From Bigelowiella natans CCMP2755 (lineage: Eukaryota; Protista; Cercozoa): a stretch of DNA of 64,000 nucleotides. Below the pieces are notes generated by a model. The model had not been told where the DNA came from. It made no database searches and saw only the letters and a program-made list of their open reading frames with translations. Positions 14,084 through 44,379 of the stretch are shown here, one piece after another (position 1 is the first letter of the stretch; each line of letters starts with the position of its first letter). The translations under genes and the position numbers were made by a program. The stretch lies in NCBI GenBank assembly GCA_000320545.1, contig ADNK01001802.1, forward strand, positions 31,042 to 95,041, written 5' to 3'.

Positions 14084-16400
14084 CATATGCTACTACTTAT
14101 CTGACTAATTGCCACATGATGTAAAACGGATGGCTGCTGCATACTTAGTAAATACGTGCAAATACACCAGCAGACAGAAATACACACATACATATTCACA
14201 TATTTACATACATATTTGCATAATGCTCCATAAATACATACATACCGGGAGAGCATACTTGAAGAAAGCCGTACATTTATCCTATTTTTTTTGGATGTGA
14301 TATAAGAACAAGCATGCTGTGACAGATCATCATCACTACCACCATCATCACTCTCCACTTACCTTTTCTGTTTGAAGTTTAATTATGCTTCCACAAAGTA
14401 GTGGAGAGGTGCTGCCGGCAGGTTGGGACCATTGTGGCAGCTCAGCTAAAAAAGTGACACACATGACGATGATGACGATGCACAATCGGCGTATAAATGT
14501 ACACTTCTGTCGGGTGAGACAATGCGAGGCAATATTTGTGGTGTGTATTGTGTGTAATGCAGCGTTCGTTGATCATAAAGTGCATAATAATAGTAACGTT
14601 GTTGTTGTTGTTGTTGTTGTTGTTATTATTACTGTCCTCCACGACAACAGGCACGACGCAACTGTTGACACGTCCGTATTTATCTTTGGCGGTGAATTCG
14701 ACATTCGTAGTTCTAAGTATTACCAGGGAAGAACCAAAAGCATTAACATACATCAATTATACTAACCAATACTGTCCAACGCAGAATTTGTCCTGCCTCA
14801 CCACCACCACCGCTACTCCCTTGTTACTCATTGCTACTATTTCTTCTTCTTTTGCCAACAATACCAAAATTTGATTGAAAAGGAAGCGCAGCCGCAGAGG
14901 AGATTGGTTGTCATTGTGGAATGTAACAGCACCCGCTATTGCTACCACCACCACCACTACTAATACTACTACTACTACAACTAATTATACTAAGCAACTA
15001 CCCGATCGCATATGTTATGCCCTCTAGTTCTTCAATAGTTGGAGTAACGCTCACTTCTCTTCCGAACTCCTCAGGAGTACCAGACTTAGAAGGATTGTAT
15101 GATCCAGTATTATCAATAGTTGGGGGCTGAATTATATTAATTCCCTTTTGATTCAACCAAGTACAGCTTCCAGGATCCTATGGGAAATAGAGAAGAAGAT
15201 GATGATGATAATGGCAATGATGCACATGAGAATGCTATGTAGTACTTTTCGTACTCTGTATCGAAAGATGATCGAGCATATACAAACTCATGCGATACAA
15301 TATCAAAATATTTTGAATAATTAAATTTTCATTTGGTTTTCATGTCACAACTTATATCTGGTCATTTCAAAAGCAAAAGAAAAACTTACGCATATATGAA
15401 GCGAGTCAGGTATCATAATAATTTCAAGACGATTTTATTCAGTTCTTCCTTATGTTTAATCTCTTTTCCTCTCTCCCCTCTCTGCCAGTCATGCAAGTTT
15501 GGATTGGTATTACCGCCGAAACGACGATTGGAGCCATGGGATTCGTTCCATTACCGCAGTAGTTGACAGGTGTTCCAGAATTTAGAAGAGATCCTTGAGA
15601 CACTGTAAAGAGAAGAGCAAGCGAGAGAATGGTCTTATCTCTCATTTGCACTACAATCCTGCTCATCCCTAAGGTCTGCGGTGGATAATAATGGGGACGG
15701 AGGAAGTCTGTCTTCTTAAGATCTTTAATCAAATATTGTGTCAAATTTATATTTGTATGAACATTGAATATTTATAAACGACAACATAATTATTATTTTT
15801 ATCTGGAAATAAGTTATTAACCAAGAGACCTGCCTAGATCTCTTCAAATCTGAATATGGAATTAGGGAGCCATTTTCGACTTAAAACAAAATAGCCTAAC
15901 AGTGACATATACGCCAAACTTTTTTATTTGTCACACGTCCTAATTACAAGAGCGGAGTCGCCTGCAATGTAATACAGCATCAGGATCATGCGACAATTAT
16001 TTATTTGTGTCTTTAAACAAGATTGTACGTCAATTACAAATATGTGTTTCAGACCTACCAACTCTCATCTGATGTAGTGATTGCTTGGCTATGTTGACAT
16101 CTGCTCACGAAGTGCTGATATTGACCACAAAATAAAGCAAAATTGAGTAATTAATGATGTTTTAGGAAACCGTATTTGTATCTGAAATGGAGGTTCTTAA
16201 GTCGTACCGTTACTGCAGCATTATGATAACGGCAGTGCTGCGGTATCATTATTCCCATCATTGTTTGTCGCATCCAAAAAAACAATGTTGGTTTCTGTTG
16301 TCGTACTCATAAAAATCCATCGTTTTTACTTTGTATATAACATTTTTAACGGTAGGACAACAGATTTTTACGACAACGAAAAAAGTCCAAAACCGATCAT
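9141..16400 (-). CDS. Secreted protein with ~5 HYR (hyalin repeat) domains and a C-terminal CBM1-like cysteine module
   Basis: Spliced minus-strand exons: putative signal MIGFGLFSLSTAVIIMLQCQHSQA; HYR-type segments GITYAIG|TTNVEFTAKDKYGRVNSCVVPVVVED|TELP, FNYPA|GMTVVEYKVLDSAANAAK|CEFHIDVKDIQAPTITC, PTGSQLG|VGSYKITCDTTDQAG, PGSHQITYTATDK|SGNSAPECTFLVTVIDHRAPTINNCP, and SGMHFHVGINP|VEFKF..SCQFSVIVNDAERP. C-terminus HRQCG|G..YSGPVRCCNDNFEC..MYKACLPKV*. Exons at 15200-15900 and 12400-12950 are less certain. Confidence 0.85.
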
Positions 16401-16673
16401 AATTGCCGTAATTGCTCGGCTCTCCGTTCTATCTCGCTCAAAATGGCGCCGTGTTTCGGGTAACGAAACTCTGTTATTATTTCGGAATGGACGGCTTGGG
16501 GTTAGGATCAAGCCTAAATAGTACTGAACTGCCTTCAAAATTATTGTTTGCGATAGCATGTAGTATTTGCGACCACCACCAGTACGTTAAAACAGTAATT
16601 GGAAAACTCTGCCCAACCCACAACCTGAGAGGTGGCTTTACTATGCTTGCACCCAAAGGGGGTAGCTAGGTAG
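16401..16673. promoter_or_regulatory. Probable short bidirectional promoter between the HYR gene and the coiled-coil gene
   Basis: ~270 bp between divergent putative start codons, free of microsatellites, containing CAAAATGGCG (~16439). Confidence 0.4.
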
Positions 16674-32923
<16,250 letters not shown>

Positions 32924-33996
32924 CCATCATATTAGCAGTGTGAAAATGAAATCATTGGTAGCATGCATGTATGTGCAACACGGTCGTTACGATGCTTCGA
33001 TCACCGCTATTCGGATGATGATGTTGCAGTGATGAATAATTATATGTGATACATACCATGTATATGACTACAGGATGCACAGCATATGCTGCTGTGGCAT
33101 AAACAACAATGCTACATGTACTACATGCACTCGATCGCGACGTCATCACATGCACTGGTGCATGCATGGCTACAGCCTTGCTAGCTTGCGTTTTGACAAA
33201 TGATTGCTACTGAGGCATGAGCTTCACACAGATAATTGTTTCGCAGCATGTCTGCGCTCTTCACGTACAGGCAAGACGCTAACCGCACCCGCCAGCTTCC
33301 ATTGCGAAGTGATCTAGATCGATATGGGCCAACGCTTATTAGTCCATCAACGTCACTAGCTAGTTTTGCTCGTGTCTGTCATGCTAGCATGAAGACCCAA
33401 TTATTGCATTGACCTACACATTGATAATCATATTGCAGTCGGTCATCGTAGATCGCATTTGCATCATTCATTTTCACATGATGATGCAGCAAATCAGTGA
33501 CTCTAAATTTAGTTTACGAACATGGACATTGCATAAAGTCTATTATTTGTGTGTGCAAGCAAGTGTGAAGCACATATAAGTAGCACATCAAATGTTTCAC
33601 ATCTGTAGTTCAGTACACGTGTATAGCACATGCAATGGCACAGCAACACATGTGTTGTAGAACAGATGAAGGGCACTAGTACACATGTGTATTGTAAAGT
33701 ACACACAATATAGACATTAAAGTCTATTTACACGTGCGTCGATTACGAATATGTGTACCCTTATGATATATCCTTATCCAAATTGATATATTGGCATTAG
33801 AACACGATGACTGCGTTGGGTAATAATCAACATGTACAGCTGCTGCATCTAAGCATGGATTACACTGAAAACAAGCAAGGCATTACCAATCAAAGTCTTT
33901 TGTATTCATCGACGTATCAACATATGTATTTTCTGCACATAATCATTTATGCTCAGGTACCATGTGAATTTGTTGGCAGCAGTTTTATGCGACAGA

Positions 33997-35988
33997 TTAG
34001 TCGTGTAGAATCATTTCTCCGTTTGCATAAGGATTAGCCATAACCATAGACTCTTTAATGTTTTCTTCTTGTAGAACTGGCAAATCTGATTCTTCTCCTG
34101 GAACCATCGCTGTGTCAACGAACTCGTCAAATACGTATTGGTGTAACATCTTGGAAATCTCAGATTTCTTCTTCTCCTTCTCTTTCAAACGCAGGAAGCT
34201 AGACCAACTTGAAATAAATTTATCCGTTCCAAATGCTTCCTTTATGTTGGATTTGGTTGTTCTGCGAACCTGATGATAGTAAGGGTGCGTGTTTGCTTTT
34301 GTAGGAGAGGAAGGTATTTTCACTTCGCAAGGGAAGTTTAAACAGCCAAATATCAATTTTCATGATTTAGCATGTAGTATGACGCTGAATACCCTCTGTC
34401 CTATTCTCTATTCCCTGTTCCTTGTATTCCTTTTATGGCTCTCACCCTCTCCTCCTCCTCCTCCTCCTCCTCCTCCTCATCATCATCATCATCACAACAT
34501 CTATAACCTGGACGAATAGCGGGTCTATTTTCATCTTAGCATGATCTACGAATCCTTCAAACTTAAACTTGAATTTCTGATCACTATCCATGGGACCGTT
34601 TCTCCACAGAAGAAATACGTGGATCTTGCTAACTTTCTTGGATATTGTCTTATCAAAGTATTCCCAAAACCAGAACTGAATCTGTTCGACTCCAGCGACC
34701 TTAAGAAAGAGGGGAGTCTCCGTAGCACAATTCTTCCATTGAGCACCAAATCTTTGACACGTAACAAACTGCCATCGTGGGATATCCAAGTAATACGCCC
34801 TAATTATCATCATATAAATATGTAAGAAATGGCACACGCGCGCGCACACACACACACACATACACACACACACACACATACACACTCTCCACGCACGCAC
34901 AAAAGTACTGGTATCGTTTGATCTGCTCACAACTCTACTGTGCTGCTGCTGCTGCTGATAATGATGATGATGATGAAACCACAAAATGTATACAGAGGCG
35001 GTGGTGATGATGGTGGTGATGGTGGAGTAGAATGTACAAATTTTTAATAATATATGTATTTACCACTTCCCAGGAAGCGTCTCTGTTGTCGCTGGTTGGC
35101 CATTATAGTGCACCATGCCAGTGATACCCATGTATCTCTTCGCATCATTTTGTATGTTATCGCCTGCAGCAACGATCAGCACATAGTAGGTGGTTTAGCA
35201 CAACAAATACCTGCCGTCGATCTAACGCCAAAATGCATCATACACTTATTGCAAGTAGACAAGAATGTCTAGTAGTCTTAATGTACTTGTACTCTATTCT
35301 CATACTAGCCATCTGTACACCGCCACTACTACTACTACTTCTACTACTACCTATTGCCAATGTCATTGTGCCACGATGGAGGGCGCGACAGAAGAACTCC
35401 ATGAACATTTCACCAGATACAATCTGTAAAATGTTTAAAGTAAGAACATAGAACGAAGAAGGAGGAACTGCTCTCGAAAAATAATAAGGCTGTATTTTGT
35501 ACGGTGTTATGCAGACAACGATGGCGACGAAAGCAAAGCAACCACGACGATGTTGGAACCTTTCCTCTGCCCGGGATGGCAAGGCTCGACTGTTTCTGAA
35601 ATGTGCATGACGGGATATCCGTAGAGTCTCTATCTATTTGAGACAAGTCCACAGCCTCCAAGTCACTGAAATCTGGAGGGTTCTCACTGTCGCTGTATTT
35701 ATATTTTGTGTATGCGATAGTTATATTACAATACAAATAATTGAACAAAGATTTCCGATGGAGAAGAAAAAGAATCCAGATCGAAAGATCAATAGAATGA
35801 AAGAGCAAGTGGAAATATCGATGAAAAGATGACCTGAAATTCCCCTCCCTTGCAAATCTCGGTAGTTTGGATGGAGCAAGCTGTGCACCTCCTTTGCTGG
35901 AGTGTTCATTATTTCCGGAGTGGCGTGATGTAACAACGGCAGCGATATGCGTAGTGCAGAAGAGGGTAATGAATAGCAAGTAATTCAT
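33997..35988 (-). CDS. Hypothetical secreted protein, ~6 exons
   Basis: Signal-like start MNYLLFITLFCTTHIAAVVT. Phase-consistent exons SDSENPPDFSDL..GRGK|IVSGEMFMEFFCRALHRGTMTLAI|GDNIQNDAKRYMGITG..PGKW|AYYLDIPRWQFVTCQ..DPLFVQ|VRRTTK..EMILHD*. No family recognised. Confidence 0.65.
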
Positions 35989-36651
35989 TGTTGGCCTTCT
36001 TCGGTGTCTTATGTCGTCCACAAAATTGAAGAAGTGACCTTGAGGAAAGTGGGGAGAAGGCAAGATCAGTATATGTATAGAAGATGCCATCACCTGCAAG
36101 GGATCGGCCAATAGGTTTCGGCTCGTTCACCAACTAATTATATAGTAGTGACTGTGTTGCACCCTTCTACGATTTAGTTTGCATGTGACCAAAGTGGGTT
36201 AGTTAGTTAGTTAGTTAGTTATTCTGTTCGCGCCCTTGACTTGGTAGGGTGGGGGAATACCTCATTCAAATTTGAATCACTCACCGGTTTTTATTCGATT
36301 TCAGCGTTCAGTACCCGATACTATCCACCACATCAACAACAAACAACAACAACAACAATAACAACAATCACGGAGGAAAAACATTCCTACTCGTATGATT
36401 TTCTTCGATGAATTATCTGTCTTGCCATTGTTCTTAGTTTTTTATGTTATAAACTGTTGTCGTAAGACAGAAAAGTCCTTCTATTCGTTTCTTCGGTCTA
36501 TTTTTTGAAGGAAAATGGCTTCCGGACCACCCCTCAGGTACCCCACTTTCGTTTCTTTCACATGTTACTTCAATATAGGGCGAAAAGGTAGAGTCTAGAT
36601 TGCTTTGAATCTCGGTTCAAAAAATACCGTCGAAGATAATGGGGAAATTTC

Positions 36652-39346
36652 ATGATAAGATTAAAGCAACAGGGTTGTGATAATGTGCTGTGGAAACTCA
36701 CTAGGTTTTGGGGGTTGGTAATATGCTGGATGATATGCTCCTCGGAAGCGGAGCGATTAAGCTTGCGATCCTCAGTTTTGAAAAGATGTAAAAGTTCGCA
36801 GATAAGCCAGTCGTCTAGACGAACGTTCACTTCTCGCATCCCTCTCCTTCCTCGACGAGTATTGGGTAGGAATATGGGAATACAGCAGCAACAACTAGGA
36901 CAAGATCATCAACTTTTCCCATCAATTGGAGGTCTACGGCAACCCATCCAGGAGAACTTTTATAGCAAAAATCGAATAGGGTCATCTATTACCGCATACG
37001 AGTCGAGAACAGCAGCAACATCGTCATCATCAGACTCACCCCCTAAGACTGATAGTCGTCGAGTTCTTCTCAGGTAAAAGTTTAAAGGACTGAGGGTATA
37101 CAAATAAGGAAATGATAAGAAGAGAAATATTGTTAACAATAACTATAGTAATAAGTATATTTGTCAGACATTAGGTGCTTGCTTCGTTAAAATAAGTATT
37201 TTTGTCAGACATTAGGATGCTTGTTTCTGTCGCTTCTCACTCTTCATGCGTCATTCCTTGCTTTCAACCATACCTACCCCCCTAGTAGCTTGACTTTTAC
37301 ATAAATCATAAAACGAGATAATGACATCAGGAAAATCGAGCAAGCTAGACGTCCGGAGGAGCTTCGTTTGTTGGTGTCCAAACTACGAACAAAGCAAGGC
37401 CAAATGAAGCGGGATGAGTACCGACGTGTAGTCGCCGCCACCGCAGCCCAGGGACTAGTAGACGACGTTAAGGGTGTGTACATGCGTGCTAGCGCGCGTG
37501 GGGGGGGAGCGTGTGCGTGTGCGTGTGCGTGTGTGTCTGTGTGTGTTTAATCAAGGAATAGAAAAAGAGTATCCACCAATAATTAGCTCTTATATACATA
37601 TATATCTTGAAACTCAGAGCTGCTTCTGTCTGCACGCGACAATGGGCGTGAGACAATACACGTTCACAATGCAGCTATTAGTGGGTTAGGACGTGCTGGA
37701 AAATGGCAGCAGGTAGTAGTAGTAGTAGTAGTATTGCTAGTATTACTAGTATTGATAGTAGTAGTAGTAGTAGTAGTAGTAGTGGCAATAGCAGTAGGTA
37801 TTTAGCAGTGTTAAAAACAAATAAGTGCAGGTGTCAGTTACAAGGGATGATGGGATGATGATGCAATGTTGGTGATAGATAGAGAAATGTTGCTAGATGA
37901 TGATGACGATCATGATCCTCATAGTATCTATCGTTTATCCCTCTCTCTCCCCTGCCCTCTTTGTTTGTCTACCTGTCTGCCTCTATCTATCTTCCTCCTC
38001 ATTACAAACACTACCGTATCTTAGGCGCTTGAAATCCTGCATTCAATTCCAATTCAAAGAGACACTGTTTCCTACAATGCAGCACTCACTGCTTGCCAGG
38101 CAAACAAAGGTGGTTGCATATTACAATAATAATAATAAAAAAAATATTAAAATTATAATAGTATTTCCCAAAATAAAACATTTATTCTCTTCGGATAGAG
38201 ATATAAAAAGACAAATGTCGCAACAATTTCTACACCAATCCATTATGATCATAATCCAGAACTACGTTATCATGTCAATTTACAGCAAATCACCAAATCT
38301 CGAAGCTCCTAACTGAGATGGCACAAGCTTCGTTGAGACGTAATACTATCACATACAACATCGTTCTCAAGGAAAGAGCGAAATCAATAAGTCTGGACTC
38401 AGCTCTCAAAGTACTCGATGAGATGGACGATGCAGGTATGTAAAGGAGGGGGGAAGAAGAGAGCAATGGAATAATACATTTAAGTACCAAAAAAGGATAA
38501 TACCAAGACAGATGAGAGAGAAAAAGAGACAACAAAGAGAGCATAGCATATAGCTCTGATTTCATACATACAATGACCATACTGCGCCCTCCATCTTACT
38601 CTTTCTCTTTCTTCTTATCCTTGATAGGTGTACGTAAAGATGTGTTTACTTTCACAAACGCTATCTCTGCATGCGCTCCTTCTGGAAATTGGGAGATTGC
38701 TTTCAACCTCTTAAGGATGATGCGACAAAACGGAATCCGCCCAACAAATGCTCCCTACAGTGCTGCCATCAGCGTGTGTGAGAAGGCTGGTGTGTGGGAA
38801 CAAGCCTTGGAGGTAAAGAGGAAGAGGAATATATCAAAAAAGAAGATGAATGAATGATTGAAGAAAATTGCCAATTGTTGTTATTTTTGTAGCTCTCCAT
38901 CTACCTCTCCTATGACAACCCTCATCATTATCACCATTGTTTTAATCATTATCATCATCATCGTCACCATCAAAATTAATCACCAACCAGGTGCTCAAAG
39001 AGCTTCACAGTCTAGGTTTAAAGCCTTCCCAAATCACATTAAGTGCAGCCATATCAGCATTTCGCCATCAGCCCTCTCTTGTGAATGCGGTACGTCCTAT
39101 TCTAAAGTACTGCTAGTGCATCAGTCATAATAAAGCATCAACACCATGCATGATGATGACAAGGCAGTAACGTTGCTGTTTATGTGGATGACTGATTTCC
39201 TCCTCCTCCTCCTCCTCTTCTCCAGGTCAAGACCTTTCAGTTTATGAAAGTGCAAGGGTCACGAGCTAATGTCAAGACATATGGCTCGATGATGACTGCC
39301 TATACCAGCAAAGGCTTGTGGGAGAATGCTCTTGATCTGCTACAGG

Positions 39347-39385
<39 letters not shown>

Positions 39386-40268
39386 GTGCTGGTTAATAGA
39401 GGTTGATTATGCGCCGGTAATGTATTTTAAGTGAGAGGGATGATAATTCTGTTTCAACAAAGTAATCTACCACTACTTTCTCGGGCAGCATTGCCACCCC
39501 TTTTCCATAACTGAAATCTTCTGATCTTCCCCCCCCTCCCCCCCTCTTTTCTTCCTTACTTATTTCTTTCTCCTCCCCTCATTGCTGAAACTATAACCAC
39601 TGTTCTTCCTTGTTTGTTCTAATAACAGGAGATGAGAGGCTCTTTGACAGCGCCAACAGCACAAATTGTCAATTTAGCTTTGGAGGCATGCGTACGTGCT
39701 GGTGAAACACGTGAAGCCTTGAGTCTTCTCCGTAGTGCTAAATCCCAACCGGACCTACCCTACGATGCGGTCAGCTACCAAATCTGCATGCAGGGCATTA
39801 AGCGGAGGATGATGATGATGGCTCGAGGTAGAAATGACGATGAGGCCACAACTGCTCTCTACGATGCACAAAACCTCCTGCTTCAGATGGAAAATGAGGA
39901 GTCGGCTGCTGGTACTGGTGGTGGTAGAGATGGCGATTTGAAAGTGACAACAAGGGTATTTAACACATACTTAGCCATTGTTGGAGAAGTGGAAGGGGTC
40001 GATAGCCTCTTAGACCAAATCAAGCAAATGGAAACAAAAGGAGTTGAGAAGGACGTTTTCACGTACAACATAGCCATTAAAGCGTGTGGAAAGGTAGTAG
40101 CAGTAGTAGTAGTGGTAGTAGTAGTAGTAATAGTAGTAGACAACTACATCAACAGAATTCCTAGGAAAAGGAAGAAAATGTATTACTACAGCAGAAAGCT
40201 GATTAGAGTGCTGCTGTTCTGACGACTCTCCAGCATTCTCATCATCTTGATGATATATGTATGAATAT

Positions 40269-40299
<31 letters not shown>

Positions 40300-40606
40300 G
40301 GTGTTGTTTGAACCATAATAACAAGGATGGCCGCTGGGAGGAAGCTCTTTCTCTTTTCAATGAGATTAAGAATATGCATTCGCTAACACCGGATGCTCGC
40401 ACATATGCATCTTGCATATCTGCATGTGCTCCTGCTGTTCCTGATGTTGCTTTGGAACTCTTCTACGACATAAAGAAGAAGAGGGAGAGGGGAGGAGGAG
40501 AAGACTACAAGGTAGATCTGAGAGTAGTTTTAAAACAAATAAAAGAGATTAATTTCACGGATGAGAGCAATTCGGTGTGGACGATGCAGATGCAGATGCA
40601 GATAGA

Positions 40607-40647
<41 letters not shown>

Positions 40648-40700
40648 GAGGGTCAAGGAGGGATGGACGGTACCAACCATAGCAATACCATATAAGTTAA

Positions 40701-40733
<33 letters not shown>

Positions 40734-43024
40734 GGAACGTATATGATAGCAGTGGAGGGAGCATTTCAAACGTTGTCATCGTCGTCGTTGTTCGTTCTGA
40801 CAAAGTAGCAACATTACAATATATATATTTTCCACATATATTATTATTATTATTATCATTTTATCACAGGAGGAGGGAATATACTATCCGGATGCATTCG
40901 TGTATGCAGCAGCACTTGATGCATGTGCTACGAAGAAGGTAGTAAGTAAGTAGTAGCACCATTACGCAACATATGCTAGTCATAGTACCAGCAGGTACTG
41001 GGGAAATAATAGCTATAGAAAACATCTGCAATGAATAGTGTCGTATAGTGAGCCGTGTAGTAGCTTGCTTGTAGCGTGATTCTAACGCATCACGGATTAG
41101 AATCTAAAGAAAGAAGATAATATCAACAATATAGCAGCAGCAATTAGATAGTACCGATTAAATCCTCCTATGCACATTGCTCTCCCTTAAATCACCAATG
41201 CTCCTGCTAAAACGTACTGTTGTTGTAATCTTATCACCACCAATTTCCCCCCCCCTATTCAGTCTACTCATTTGTTCTTGCTGTGCTATTGCTATTTTTG
41301 TTGGCAAAATTCTTTCTTTTCCTAGGATGGCATGCAAGCTATAACGCTGTTAGAAGACATGGAGAGAAATAACGTGCAAAAGACTCTTCCGGTGTATACA
41401 AATGCTATAGAAGCCCTCAAGCATAGCACCAGTACTATGGCCGATGACGGCAGAACTAGCTTGAGAGATGTAGCAATGAAGTTATATCTTCAAGCAGAGA
41501 ACTTAATCAAGGTACTGCTACTAGGAGCCACTTCGGGCTGATAATATATTTGAAGCATTTGTTTCTGTGCGTGTAAGCTTTTCTTGCAATATAGGAAGAA
41601 TATAGAATATACTGGGTTATGATTCTTTCTCTTTCTCTCTCTCTCTCTCTCTCTCCCTCCCTCCCTCCCTCCCATTTATAATTCAAATACATCATTTATA
41701 TAAAAACATGTATTTGTTGTGTGCGTGTACGATATTTGAATGACCACACACAAAATATTTCATTTGCAGGAGAGTGGAGAGGATCGGTCTGCAGGTGCGA
41801 CCGCAGCAATGAGGACGTTCAGAGCAAAGAACGTTGATCTTAGGCAGAAACATTGGAAGGTATTACGACTACTCCTTTGAGTTGGGATATATATTATGCG
41901 AACAACATCTATATTTTCATTTGGCATCATATATCGTTATCGTCGTCTTCAACTTATTTGTCTTCTTACTACCAGGAAACGTGGAATAAGTTGCGTGATA
42001 ACGTGCCAATAGAACCAGAAGGACAATTCACCGAGCGATTCTCACGGCCAGCAGAGTTTGCTTCCTTTGCCAATGAAGATGAGCATGATGACAGGTAGTA
42101 GCAAACGAACAACTAGCAGCAGGAACAACACTTATTTATTAACTTTTACTCAATCATCCACGAGATATGATGGATTGATTGATCTTTGCATTCAATTGGG
42201 AATATAGATGATGTAGCAGATGATGATAAGGCATCATCGTTGTAATGAGAATATTACATTATTATTCTGTATTATTCTGAATGTGGTGATATACTATCCA
42301 CTTATAATAACGATATGGTTCTGTTAGATAACAAGTAACAGCGTTTATATCGTCCTCCCCTTTCCTCCTCCTCATCATTTTCTTTATTCTCTTGATCGTA
42401 ATTTATACAGAAATCTGGAGAGTGGTTTCGAAATTAGTGAAGCTGATGAGATAAAGGTCGCACCCTCCCATTGGTGCTCTTTTATTTCTACGCTCCCACC
42501 TTCTATTACCTGTTATTCTTTGATCGGTGGCTAACAAATCCCCTTCTCCTCCTCTCACTCTCCCCCCGCCCTTCAGGTGGTTATGGAGTTGAAACGGCAG
42601 GGACTAGTGCAGGAGGATGATGATCAGGCAAATGATGATTTATCTCCATATCCTTCATCTGGAGAGACAATACAAGACGAACAGCGGTCTGAGGATCAGG
42701 AGAAGCCCAAGAGCACAATCAAAGCAGGTGTAAGCAACTTCCCTGATGATGATGCTGACCTTGATGAGCTTTGGGACGATGCGGATGAAGAGGACGTCAA
42801 CGACGAGGTAACTTAGTTATACACATATTTGCATGCAAGGCATTTTATGTAATTTCGAGCCATATTTTTTGGCCATTTCAAGCAGACAATAATTGTAGGA
42901 ATTTTCTATTTGCTAATATATGTGCATAAACGATTATCATCAGGCATGGGAGAGTATCGATCCTTTGGAAATCCCTGAGATAGCGGAGATGATGACGATG
43001 AAAAGGAAAACGGATGATAACTGA
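36652..43024 (+). CDS. Pentatricopeptide repeat (P-class PPR) protein with a probable bipartite signal plus transit presequence and an acidic C-terminal tail
   Basis: Repeated 35-aa motifs: HNAAISGLGRAGKWQQ|ALEIL, RDTVSYNAALTAC, KDVFTFTNAISACAPSGNWEIAFNLLRMMRQNGIRP, YSAAISVCEKAGVWEQALE, KDVFTYNIAIKACGK|DGRWEEALSLFNEIK, PDARTYASCISACA. The N-terminus has FWGLVICWMICSSEA followed by an S/R-rich stretch. The stop is at 43024, or at 42816 if the last intron is not spliced. Confidence 0.9.
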
Positions 43025-44036
43025 GAAGAAGACAATGTTGACGCTGTTAAGAAAGAACCTCACGTATCACTAACTATAATGGTGACGAGATTCGACATGC
43101 TTGCCAACAGCGTATGGTGAAGGTATTATCATGAAAGAATAGGTCCTTCGTTGAAAATAATCGGTAATAAAAATCAGCCTTACAATGATGCGTAATCACT
43201 TCAATGTACATTCTACGCATGTCTTGCTAGTGTGTCGCTAGATGTTGAATAGCACACAAGCTCTGCAGGCTGTACAGCTAACTGTTCCCTAACTTCACAA
43301 TGCATCGCGCTACTTGCTAGCTAGCTAGCCCTAACTCTAGAACACAGCTAAATAGTCCAGATCGACACATGCTAGAAATCGGCGACACTCACTGCTAGAC
43401 TGATTGACCACTGCTAGACTGTGCCATGCCAGCATGAAGAAGATGTACACATCTAGATATCTCTAGCTAAATCTAGCTAGCTAGACATCTAGCTTCGATG
43501 TGCAAGCTAGCAAGGCTTGTTAAAATGTTGCATGTCATGCTAGCATGTTTGCACACATTGCTTGTGCAGCGCCTGTCTAGCTGTCACCACCAGACCATGC
43601 AATTGCTAGCTAGCCGCCAGATCGCACAAGCGATTTCCGATCCAGACCATTCATGCTCACGCGTCCAAAACGAACGACATTCACACGCCAGCATGTCAAG
43701 ATCTCAGAGATGCCACGCGCGCCAACCACGTCTGGACGCGTGCGTGCGTGCTAGCCACAACAGACACAGTGCATGTTGTTCATGTCACGTCACATGTGCG
43801 CATGCTAGCATGTCCACAGTAGCTTGTCTTTCCCGCAACACTTTTTGTGCCCCCTCTCGCTTTTCTGGTGTTTGCAGTTGCTGCACTCTGGCACCAGCTG
43901 CAAGGTCAAGACAAGAGGCACTCCGACAGCTCGTTGTGCGTTCGAAATCACACGCATGTCAATCGACTGCCGAGTCAGGATTTGATGCACACGTCTTCTC
44001 CAGTTCTGGCACGGGCAGCTGTGCATTTCGACACGT

Positions 44037-44379
44037 CTAGATCCAGAGATGTGTGAGCTCAAGTGTCCAAGATGTTCCAGAGAAAGTCCAGAAATTCTCT
44101 TCACCACATCGAGCAAGAACAGAAATTGGAGAATCCTGGTCCCGGGTGTGGGGTGTGTGCTGGTGTGCTCTGAAAAGTTGCTCACAACGCAAGCTGGTGA
44201 GGAAAGAAACAAACAAGAAAGATGGAAAGAAACTTTGTTGGAATCGACCAGACTTCCAAGAGTGTTGTTGCATGCCATGTTAGCACCTAGGCATGACACT
44301 TGCAAAGTGCTGAACGGAATGCCTCGAGCCAAGAACAAGCTTCCCAGAGTCAGGGCATCTGAATTTGAAAAATGTTCTC
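44037..44379 (-). pseudogene. Candidate two-exon relic gene fragment inside the TpA-depleted block
   Basis: Exon 44379-44287 (taacag|..CCTAG|gt), 93-nt intron with a polypyrimidine tract and CAG, exon 44193-44037, phases match. Product: RTFFKFRCPDSGKLVLGSRHSVQHFASVMP-S-LRCEQLFRAHQHTPHTRDQDSPISVLARCGEENFWTFSGTSWTLELTHLWI*, with no Tyr. No 5' exon or start found. Confidence 0.45.

Noticed and set aside
14865-14940. WD40-like peptide NLLCGCASFSIKFW on the minus strand
   Set aside because: The flanking exons splice in phase to complete a HYR domain without it, so it is treated as intronic.
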